DNA of 63,333 nt, filler included, from Reclinomonas americana ATCC 50394 (lineage: Eukaryota): the NCBI GenBank assembly GCA_048213135.1. It is 21 parts of 21 records of this genome, joined end to end, with 100 filler letters (N's around TTAATTAATTAA, not from the genome) between each part and the next. Parts side by side here need not be neighbours in the genome. Positions count along the whole stretch, not along the records: positions 11,579 to 16,369 come from AFZH01018538.1; positions 16,470 to 18,070 come from AFZH01018539.1; positions 18,171 to 20,311 come from AFZH01018540.1; positions 20,412 to 23,417 come from AFZH01018541.1; positions 23,518 to 26,407 come from AFZH01018542.1; positions 26,508 to 29,427 come from AFZH01018543.1; 15 more parts are not named here. The stretch is one strand, 5' to 3'. Numbering within the stretch: position 1 is the first letter of the stretch; each line of letters starts with the position of its first letter. The translations under genes were made by a program, and so were the position numbers. The notes below the pieces were generated by a model. That model was not told the DNA's origin, searched no databases, and saw nothing but the letters and a program-made list of their open reading frames with translations. Below, one piece after another: positions 13,407-27,120 of the stretch.

Positions 13407-13762
13407 GCTTCTGATTGCGTTGTCGTCTGGCACAGACTCTCTTGCTTGTTCCCTGGCGAATGCTGTTCCGGTCGCTGTACCGCGGTCTGCACACTGGCCT
13501 CAACGACGATATCGAATACGCGGCATGCCTTGCACCGGCCGCGGAATGCCAAGGCTGACACGCGTACGGTTGGCCTTGGCCCCTGAAAGCGAAGATGACT
13601 GTTTTTTTGTTTTGTTGGCATGCCAAAGTCGACGTCGGTTTGAAATGTTGTCCGGTCTTGCCGGATTTCGCGTCATCTGACGATTTCCCGTCATCCCACT
13701 GCTCTTGGTGTTTGTGCACGCCAGTTCACCTCTGACTCTCACAGTCAACGTGGAGAGGAATT

Positions 13763-13806
<44 letters not shown>

Positions 13807-13897
13807 GCTGTGCGTGCACTCCCAAAAGCACACACACACAAACATTCACACACACGCACACACACACCACCCAATTCTGCTGAGACGGGGCGAGCCC

Positions 13898-14463
13898 ATG
13901 GAGAACATCAAGTGTTGCGTCTCTCTCTTTCTCAGCAGCGAGGTGTGTACATGTCAGAGTGTTGCATGTATGAGAGGCGGGTGTTTTTCAATGGCAACAC
14001 CAGTGCTTCTCGCTCAGTCTCCCATTGTTCTGTGAGTCTCACCCACTCGCTCACTCTGTGCACGCACGCAGGCGTGGTCGTAGGAAACCCTACCGTTGGA
14101 AAGGTGAGACGAGTGAGTCGATAAGCCGTGCACACCGAGTGAGATCTAGCAGGGCATCTTGATCAATCTAGAATTCATCCGATCGCGGGGGTCACGTGCT
14201 TGGTCGGTGACTCACAGTTTATTCGCAGACGGCAATGGTGCTGTCTTTCATGAACAAAGAATTCTGGGGGGACTCGGTACCAACAATCTTTGAGTTGCGA
14301 AAACATGCACACACCCACGCGCCAACACACACACACACTACACATGTTCATGTTTAAGTGTATCTTACTTTGCCCTACGCAGCACTTTTGTCGCAAATCT
14401 GAGGGTTGGAGACGCGGAGATACACCTCGAACTGGTCGACACGGCCGGTAATTTGGTTGAAGC

Positions 14464-14544
<81 letters not shown>

Positions 14545-16275
14545 ATGTGCGTGTAGGGCGCATACCATTCGTAACTTGCAATCGGTGCAGGTGTGGAAGA
14601 CTTTGATCGTCTGCGCCCTCTGTCGTACCACAAAGCAGACGTCTTTATCATCTGCTTCTCTCTCGTGAAACCCACGCCGTTTGAACAAGTGAAAGACAAG
14701 GTGAGGTTTGTATAACAACATTCGCAGCGTTCACTGCGAAGACGTACAACCTCTGTTGTTGTTTCTGCAGTGGAGTGCTGAGCTTAGGGACCATGCATAT
14801 GCACCGAAAGCTCCTATCCTGCTTGTGGGCACCCAGCTCGACCTGACTGCGGATCCAAAAATTGTCGAGGAGCTAAGGAAGAGTAGAATGGCGCCGATTT
14901 CAACGAAGCAGGTATACGTATCGGCTGGAGTTTGTTGCATTCTACTTTTTGCTGTGCCCTTGCCTGACCTTGAGCATTGTTTGGGGTTTTTTTTGCGTAT
15001 TCAGGGTATCCAAATGCTGAAGGAGATTCACGCCAGTGCCTACTGTGAGTGCTCAGCGAAAACACAACAAGGATTAGAAGAGGTGTTCGAAACCGCAGTC
15101 CGGGTGAGTCGCGCGTTCACCAAAGATGTATTTGTGCTGAATGCTGCTGACAATCCTGGAAGTTGGCCAAAGGCTTGCCTGTTCCATCGAAGCCGCCCCC
15201 CCGCCGAAATGTTTGGCGAGAACCTCCATCTCGTCCACCTCCTCCAGCAAGTCTGTGATCGCTCATCGGTTCACCGATTTCTGTTCCAGTTATTCTGACT
15301 GTCTTGCATTAGTTGTAGCCCCTCCCGTCGCGGCTGCAGCTGTTGCCGCTCTGGTGAACGCCTCCGCTGCTGCCGCTCAGGTGAGCGCCTCCGCTGCTTG
15401 TCCTTAGCCTTCAGCTGCCGATATTAGTGTTGCTGTGTTTACGCGTCGCTTGCGCAGGCTGCGCGCGGTTCTGGTTCCTCTTCTGGGTCATCTCGCCACG
15501 AGGAGGCTCTCGTCGCACAACAGCAAGCAGTGGAGCAGCAAGAGCGGCAGATCGCTGCTGCAGAGTTGCAACATCTATCCGAGCTCATGCGTCGAGAGCA
15601 TGAGCACGCTGTGGAGCAAGAACGGCAGGCAAATGTGGAGCTGCGGCAACGCGTCACCGAGGGCCAGCAGCTTATCGCCCAGCTACAGCAAGCCAACACC
15701 CAGTTGCAGGAAGTCAACACCCAGTTGCAAGCTCAGCTGCATGCGGCACTGCAGGACAAGGACGAACTTGCAGCAGAGCTTCAACAAAGCAATCAACTTT
15801 GCACCCAGCTGCGAGAGGAGCTTCTCCTTGCTCAAGGTCAGTAGCATCTGTGCTTCCTCCCCTTTCCATTTCTAACTTGTACTTCACTGCAGTTGACACG
15901 TCGGTGCAGCGGTTCGAGTGGCCGGAAATTATTCAAGCCACTGACTCTTTCTCACCGAGCATCGTGGTCGGTGAAGGCGGGCAAGGCTCTGTCTACATGT
16001 GTTACCTGCGCGAAATCTACGTTGCCATCAAAGTGCTGGACTCCGACGCACCGTGGACGAAGGAGTCGTTCGAGAGCGAGGTTTTGCATTGTTGCCCTCT
16101 CTGTTCTTTGGTTTTCGTTTGTTCCTTCCATTCATCATTATTACCCGTTACAGGTGGCCACCCTTGGGCGCCTGCGCCACCGACGCGTTGTCCCTCTCGT
16201 CGGCTACGCAGTGGGCGTTGGCCAGGAACGCTGCCTCGTGTACAAGGCCCTGCAGTGCGTGCTCAAATCTCTCTC

Positions 16276-16369
<94 letters not shown>

Positions 16370-16477
16370 NNNNNNNNNNNNNNNNNNNNNNNNNNNNNNN
16401 NNNNNNNNNNNNNTTAATTAATTAANNNNNNNNNNNNNNNNNNNNNNNNNNNNNNNNNNNNNNNNNNNNTACGTTCG

Positions 16478-16518
<41 letters not shown>

Positions 16519-17016
16519 TCTTCTTCTTCTTCTTCTTCTTTTCTTCTCCCTCTCTCTCTCTCTCACACACTTGCGTTTCTCTGTGTGTCTTCATTATTTT
16601 TCACAACTGCCCTCACTCTCTCTGTCTTACGTCTTCTCACAATGCTCTTGCCACAGACAACATCTGCCGCCGGTACACCTGATTACATGGACCCACTGGC
16701 CATCCGCGCGCGGCGTCCTCTCCCAGTGCACGACGTCTACAGTATGGGTGTGGTGCTGGTGCAGCTGGTCACCGGCAAGTCCGTTGCATCGGTGGGCGAG
16801 TGGTCCTTGGCGTGGGACGTGTCGCCTGCGTCACTTGGCGTCATGGAACTCGTGGATCGCAGCGTTGAGTGGACGCCGCGCATCGCCGAACCCATGTTTG
16901 AGCTCGGTATGCGATGCATGAGTCTGCGGCGCGACAGGCCGACCGCCCAAGAGGTACTCGAAGGAATGCGCTCGGTGCGCGAAGTGTGCGAACAGTTTAC
17001 GTTGCTTCTCGAGTAA
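13898..17016 (+). CDS. Rho/Rac-like GTPase - Pro/Ala linker - coiled coil - IRAK/Pelle/RLK-type kinase fusion (middle kinase exons in gap)
   Basis: Phase-consistent exons: [23 protein letters not shown]...VPTIFD|TFVANL...[18 protein letters not shown]...|...[10 protein letters not shown]|...[34 protein letters not shown]...|Q/E-rich coil|[20 protein letters not shown]...[10 protein letters not shown]...VAIK...|GTPDYMDP...[15 protein letters not shown]...RPTAQEV. Confidence 0.85.
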
Positions 17017-17584
17017 TAAGAAATACTCTCGAGACTTGTCGGTGACCACTGGGAGACGCGCGTTGATGAGTTTGTGCTGTTATTATAAACAAGCAGCCAG
17101 GGGCAATATGTCGTCGGCCAGGGACTTGGAAATATTACGTCGTCGGAAAAACAACAAAAACCCAAGCAACAGCTGTCATCATGACCGAGTGCAACCACAA
17201 CTCTTGAGCCTTGACCGTTGAACGGACACCAATCTTGAGGGCAACAGCAGGTTTTCTTATGCGTGTTCGCTCTCGGAGCTTCGCACAAGTCGGAACCGCG
17301 ATCTTCACCGTGGATTGCACATGTCTTACTGACCAAGTCAACCCTATGCAATCCTCAACAAAGCATCAGTCTTGAGGGCAGCGGTGAGGGGGTTTGCCAG
17401 CATTAGCCTTCTCGATTTTTCTCGTTTTGATCCGTGATGTCTGTCTGAGTTTCTGGTGCTCACTGAAGATGATGATCATCATGCAGCTGTGTTGCTGTTT
17501 GGATTAGTACAGTTGTTGTTGTTGTTGTTGCTGCCGTGGTGGTGAACAATTGTTTCATTGCCTTTCCCAATGTACCCCCACCTA

Positions 17585-20569
<2,985 letters not shown>

Positions 20570-20699
20570 TTGCAAGGAGGAGAAGGACACACAGGCGTCG
20601 GGACACTTCTATTTTCTTCGATCTCAAAGCTGTCTCCGCTTTTCCGTCTTTTTGAGTTGTCATCCTTTATCTCTGTGTGCTTTCGTCCCGCATGTGAAG

Positions 20700-21084
20700 G
20701 CTGTCAATCTTTTGCCTCCTGAAAGGGAAGACGGCTGTCGGAGAAGAGCCGCTGACACCATTTGCGCCACGAAATCCTTTTGAGGCCAACACGCGTTTGA
20801 TTGGCTTTGCCTCCTGAAAGGGAAGGTGACTGTTGGAGAAGTAATTATGTGTTTGTATATTGTTGGTGTGCCAAGGTCATTGTCGGCAAGGGATTTGTGG
20901 GCGTTTATCGCATTATTGGAATATTAATGTGGTGAATGAAGTGTTTTGTTTGTTTTTTAGTAATTACAAACAAAACACTTCACCACATTCCAATAATGCG
21001 ATAAACGCCCACAAATCCCTTGCCGACAATGACCTTGGCACACCAACAATTTTCAAACACATAATTACTTCTCCAACAGTCATC
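20700..21084. repeat. Dispersed repeat copy forming a long inverted repeat (arms ~20827-20952 and ~20967-21082); MITE/fold-back-like
   Basis: tgactgttggagaagtaattatgtg...gaagtgttttgtttg followed after ~14 nt by its near-perfect reverse complement caaacaaaacacttc...ttctccaacagtca. Confidence 0.85.
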
Positions 21085-21377
21085 TTATGTGATTTTATAT
21101 GACACTGCTGTTGTCGTCGTCGTCGTATCGCAAGGACCCACGGGCGGATTGCATTTTTTCGAGACGACTCGGGAGTGGCACTTGTCGCTGCTGTTCACTG
21201 CAGTGGTGGCCATGCATCGGATGTTGTTGATGGATCCGCCGACGTGACGCTGGCGAGCGGAGGCCAGTGAGCAGGCCGAGGCCACCGTCCGCAAGACGTT
21301 CTTTTGATGTAAAAATGATGAGAAACAGAAGGTGGAAGTCTGTGATGCACAGACACAAACGCTAGCTGTGTATTGCT

Positions 21378-23351
21378 TCACTCCACAAGAAACACTTCAT
21401 AGTCCGCCACAATGAACTCTCGCGATCCCAACAGTGTCGTGTCGTCATATGCTCCACCGTCGGTGCTCCAATAATAGGAAGCGATAGCGTAGTTTGCATT
21501 GCTGTTACAAAAGTCATACAAGTAAATATCGCTGTCGCCAAAGATGGGTCCATATGCTGGCGTGCGAAGAGTGGCCTTCTCCTTGTAGACGCCATGCAGT
21601 GCAAAGCGCCGCGCTCCAGCACCAGGCCACGATGCGGAGAACAGGAAGCTGGAGCACGTCGGATCAGAGCCCCACATCCCACTTGAAGACCACGAGACAG
21701 GCGTGTACCCGCCGCACACTCGTCCCGTCGACGACTTGACCACTACTAGCGTCGGCCTGCAATAAAAACAGGCACACATCCATCAGTCACCAAAAAACAA
21801 CAATCTCTTTCTCTCCTCCTCCACCATCACTCACTCGCGATTGTCACACCGCTGATGGAATGTGGCTGCGGCAAACCCGTCTCGACTTCCCCTGAACAGC
21901 AACGTCAATCTGGGCACACCTCCTCCACCTCGCGCCTCCCGCACCCACTGCAACACCACTCGCGCATCCGCCGCACCCAGCAGATTGCAGTCAATCTTAT
22001 TCTCCGCCCATTCGCGCTCCTCTCGTTCCCTGGCCTCGCGCTCACGCTCCTCCCGCTCCCTGGCCAGCTGCTCTCGTTCCTCCCGCTTCTTGGCTTGGCG
22101 CTCGCGCTTGGTCGCCTCCCGTTCCTGCATCGCTCTTTCGCGTACCTCCAGAGGCTCGAGACGGGCGAGAAGCTGCAGATGGATAGGAGACACGATGAGG
22201 GGAATAGAAATAATCCATCAGCACTCACACAACAGACCTCAGCAACACCTCTCTCGAGAGCTTCTCTCATCCGTCGCTCGGCGGCGAGTTGCTCATCTGT
22301 TGCTTGTCTAGCTTGCTGCTCGCGACTCAATCGCTCTTCAACAGCTTGTCTCGCCTGTTGCTCGGCGGCCGGGCACGCATCTGTAGCTTGTCTCGCACGT
22401 CGCTCATCGGCCAGCTGCTGCTCAACAGCTTGTCTCGCCTCCCTCTCCTGGGCCAGCTGCTCCCTGCTCTCTGCCACCATCTGTGACAGCTCGCGCACTC
22501 GGCCGTGCAGCTGTGTACACATAAGCTGCGTGAGTGACCAACAACATTCACTGACAATTATTCCAAAACTCACCTCTCGCAGCGGTCGCTCCACTCGCAA
22601 CACATCACACACTCGCTCATGCTCCTCCCTCTCCCCACCAATACCACGCCATCCACACCCCAATTCACCACCACGACACACAGTGTGCTGCAGCCGGCAC
22701 TCCGTTTCTGCCACAAAGATACAAGAGAGACACAACATCAGTGTCATGCCACCCCTCTCTCTTGATCAAGCACCACTCACCAAGATGCCGCTGCATCTCC
22801 GCCAGTGCACACCGCTGCTGACATCCACGAGGACACGCCCGCATGCACCCACTCCAGCTGTGCTCCACCATCTCACTCAGCGCCATCCTTGCTCCACATC
22901 CGAGTGGACACTCGCGCAAGCATCCACTCCACTCGTGCTCGGCAGTGCGATCCAGTGTCATCTGCTGTCCACATCTCTCGCATGCATACGGGCACTGCGT
23001 CAAGCCGTGTGTGCGGTAGTAGTCGCCCACCGTCTGTTCGTCCATGGTGAGAAGACAGAGAAACCAAGACAAACAACTCTCCATGACAACACGAACCATG
23101 GGTACGTGGCACAGCGGGCATGTGATCTGTGACGCTCTCTCTCATGTCAACATCACTGGCGACTTGCACATGCAACAAACAACATGCACACCCAACCTTT
23201 ACACTGCGGTACGTCAACAGGTTCCGCGGCAGAGCCTGGTGTACAGTGGCCAGCGACGTGACTCCATCGCCACACAAATCCGCACCAGCCTCCGTCACAT
23301 GTTCACTGTCGCATGAGAACCCCCCAAGGAGAGAGAAGGAAGTCAGTGCAC

Positions 23352-23394
<43 letters not shown>

Positions 23395-23635
23395 CTCTAC
23401 TCTACCGTACTACCTACNNNNNNNNNNNNNNNNNNNNNNNNNNNNNNNNNNNNNNNNNNNNTTAATTAATTAANNNNNNNNNNNNNNNNNNNNNNNNNNN
23501 NNNNNNNNNNNNNNNNNCGTAACCCGTAACCCGTAACCCGTACCGTACCGTACCGTACCGTACCGTACGTACGTACGTACGTACGTACGACGACGACGAC
23601 GACGACGACGACGACGTACGTACGTACGTACGTAC

Positions 23636-23718
<83 letters not shown>

Positions 23719-23823
23719 TCTTGCACTCACCGACACAAATAATGTTGCCCGCTGGCACACAACACGAAATCCGGAGCACACAGATCCTGCAGCACAGAGA
23801 AGAGAAGAGTGAGCATCATCAGT

Positions 23824-23862
<39 letters not shown>

Positions 23863-24159
23863 ACACTCACTCACCAAGCACACTGGGCACAGATACTCGT
23901 CCGCCAACACTCGTGACTCCTCCGCCACATTCTCCATCCACAAACGTGGTGCTTCCTTCTCTTTCTCTCCCACCTCCGATGGAGGACGACGATGCACAGC
24001 GCGCACCACACAAAACACGTGTTGTTCCTCAGTGTCGCCAGAGAGTCGCATCACTTGCTGCTCGAGAACAATCTGACTGTCATCCTCTGCAGCAATAGGA
24101 GGAGGAGGAGGGGGAGGAGCAGATACACTGCCTCCCACGTGCGCGTCTTCGAAACCCAT
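21378..24159 (-). CDS. TRAF-like RING - zinc fingers - coiled coil - TLDc protein, copy A
   Basis: MGFEDAHV...EYLCPVCL|DLCAPDFVLCASGQHYLCR|EH..; CPxxC-x-H-xxxC finger repeats; E/R/Q coil; LTLLFRGSRDGFAAATFHQRCDN|RPTLVVVKS...GGYTPVSW...FLFS...GPIFG...DYEVF (TLDc signature). Confidence 0.85.
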
Positions 24160-24286
24160 CACAATCTTGACACAACCATGTCATCCAGTACTGACTGCCA
24201 AACACTCATTTTTCCTCTCGATGTCGACTTCGACATTGGATCTGCTGTGACTCTCCGCTGCACCAACAACAGAACGAGATAGTGTT

Positions 24287-26621
24287 TCACTCAACGAGGA
24301 ATACTTCGTAGTCTGCCACTTGGAAGTTCGTCGATCCCATCAGTGTCGTGTTGTCGTAGGGTCCACCATCGGTGCTCGAATAACTGGAGGAATTAACCCA
24401 GCTTCTGGCGCCGCTGTTGCAGTGGTCTTGCAAACCAAAATCGGCATCACCGAAACATGGACCCCAATTATTACCGTGACCGAGAGCACGGTGCTTGTGA
24501 TCATTCTTCAGTGCAAAACGTCGCGCACCGGCACCACTCCACGTGGCAGAGAACAGAAAGCTAGTGCCTGATGAATCGGCGACAAAATCGAATGACGAAG
24601 TGTACAGCCGCGATGCAGGCCACGAGACAGGCGTGTATCCGCCACACACTCGTTCGGTCGACGACTTGGCCACGACTAGTGTTGGTCTGCACACGGTCCA
24701 TCAGCGATCAGTCAATATAATAAGCAACAACAACCAGCCTCCTCCATCAATCACTCACCCACGATTGGCACATTTCTGATGGAACGCGACCGATGTAAAC
24801 CCATCTTGACTGCCTTTAAACAGCAACGTCAACTTGGGCACACTTCCACCTCCTCGTGCCTGCTGCACCCACTGCAGCACCACCCGCGCATCTGCCGCGC
24901 TCAGCAGATCGCTGTCAATCTTCCTCTCCGCCCGCTCCCGTTCCTCTCGTTCCCTGGCCTCACGCTCACGCTCTTCCTGCTCTCTGGCCTGCCGCTCTCG
25001 CTCCTCCTGCTCCCTGGCCAGCCTCTCACGTTCAGCCGCCTCCCGTTCCTGAATCGCTCGTTCTCGCATCTCAAGCGGCTCGAGTCGAGCAAGCAGCTGC
25101 AGATGAACAGAAGGGAGAGTGAGGACTGGAGACAGACAGTCGAAATCACAGGCATTCTCAACACAGACCTCAGCAACACCTCTTTCAAGAGTTTCGCGCA
25201 TTCTCCGCTCAGCAGCAAGTTGTTCATCTGTTGTCTGTCTCGCTCGTTGCTCGTGGTTCAATCGCTCCTCAAGAACTTGTCTCGCCTCTCTCTCCTGAGC
25301 CGCAATCTGCGACAGCTCGCGCACTCGGCCATGCAGCTGTGCTCACAAACGCGACTCACATCAGCAGCATGTATAACCAACAGCATCCATCATTCCAAAC
25401 TCACCTCTCGCAGTGGTCGCTCCACTCGCAACACATCGCACACTCGCTCATGCTCCTCCCTCTCACCAATAATACCACGCCATTCACACCCCAATTCAGC
25501 ACCACGACACGCTGTGTGCTGTAGTCGGCACTCCGTTTCTGCCACAATACAAATCAGTGTCATGACAACACCTCTCTCCATCAAACAAGCTCACCAAGAT
25601 GCCCCTGCATCTCCGCCAATGAACACCGCTGCTGACATCCACGCGGACATGCTCGCATGCACCCACTCCAGCTGTGCTCCACCATCTCACTCAGCGCCAT
25701 CCTCGCTCCACACCCCAGTGGACACTCCCGCAAGCATCCACTCCACTCGTGCTCCGCCGTGCGATCCAGTGTCATCTGCTGTCCACATCTCTCGCATGCA
25801 TACGGGCACTGCGTGAGGCCATGCGTGCGGTAATAGTCGCCCACCGTCTGTTTCTCATCTACAGTGAGGAGAGAGAGACAAAGGCAAGCAACTCTCCATG
25901 ACAAACACAAACCATGGGAGCGTGGCACAGCGGGCATGTGATCTGCGGTGCTCCCTAATGTCAGCATGACTGGCGACTTCACCCCACTAAACAAGCACAC
26001 CCAACCTTCACATTGCGGTACGTCAGCTGTATCTTTGGCAGAGCCTGGTGCAGAGTGGCCAGCGACGTGACTCCATCACCACACAGATCCGATCCACTCT
26101 CCGTCACATGCTCACTGTCGCATGCATCCAACAAAGAGAGAAGAAAGTCAGCGCACAGCTTGCTCTCTTTCTCTCTCTCTCTCTCTCTCACTCACCGACA
26201 CACATAATGCAGCCCGCTGGAACACAACACGAAATCCGGAGCACACAGATCCTGCAGCACTGAGTGAGCGAGCATCAGTACTCTCTCTCTCTCTCTCTCT
26301 CTCTCTGCTGTACGCCGAAGGCGGATGTACGGTACAGCAGACGTTGTTCGTTCCTCAGTGTCGCAGAGAGTCGCATCACTTGCTGCTCGAGAACAATCTG
26401 ACTGTCANNNNNNNNNNNNNNNNNNNNNNNNNNNNNNNNNNNNNNNNNNNNTTAATTAATTAANNNNNNNNNNNNNNNNNNNNNNNNNNNNNNNNNNNNN
26501 NNNNNNNAACCGAAAACCAAACCGAAAACGTAAACCGGTAACCGGGACGGACGAACCAACGAAGTACCTTCGTCGACGACGACCTACGTAGGTAGGTAGG
26601 ACGGACGGACGACTACTACTA

Positions 26622-26664
<43 letters not shown>

Positions 26665-27001
26665 CGCTCTCCAAAACACTCACCAAGCACACTGGGCACA
26701 AATACTCGTCCGCCAACACTCGTGACTCCTCCGCCACATTCTCCATCCACAAACGTGGTGGCTGTACATCCTTCTCTCCCACTTCTGAAGGAGGACGACG
26801 ATGCACAGCGCGCACCACACAAAACACGTATTGTTCCTCACTGTCGCCAGCTGCAGTGAGTCGCATCACTTGCTGCTCGAGAACAATCTGACTGTCATCC
26901 TCTGAAGCAGCAGGAGGAGGAGGAGGAGGAGGAGGAGCAGCTCCACTGCCTTCTCCACCACCACCACCACTGCCTCCAACGTGTGCGTCTTCGAACCCCA
27001 T
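24287..27001 (-). CDS. TRAF-like RING - zinc fingers - coiled coil - TLDc protein, copy B (gap after exon 1)
   Basis: Same exon structure as copy A; LLFKGSQDGF...FHQKCANRG|PTLVVAKS...GPCFG...DYEVFLVE. Confidence 0.85.
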
Positions 27002-27120
27002 TCACACAGATCTTTACAAAGTTGTCGTCCAGGCAGCCAGGACTTCGACACACGATATCGACGTTGACACAGGATCAGCTGCGACTCTCCACTGCAGCAA
27101 CAACAGAACGAGATGATGAT

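Noticed and set aside
13898..17016. ROCO/LRRK-type protein
   Set aside because: The GTPase has Rho-specific motifs and no COR domain; the linker is Pro/Ala-rich plus coiled coil
21855..23132. Long plus-strand ORFs over the TLDc genes (also 24779-25816, 34219-35193, 49071-50213)
   Set aside because: Antisense shadows of GC-rich minus-strand coding exons
23518..23640. cgtaacc/gtac/acg repeats (also ~26508-26625 and ~37551-37615) resembling telomeric or novel satellite DNA
   Set aside because: Occur only at contig ends beside microsatellites and cycle through T-A-C-G, consistent with pyrosequencing flow noise
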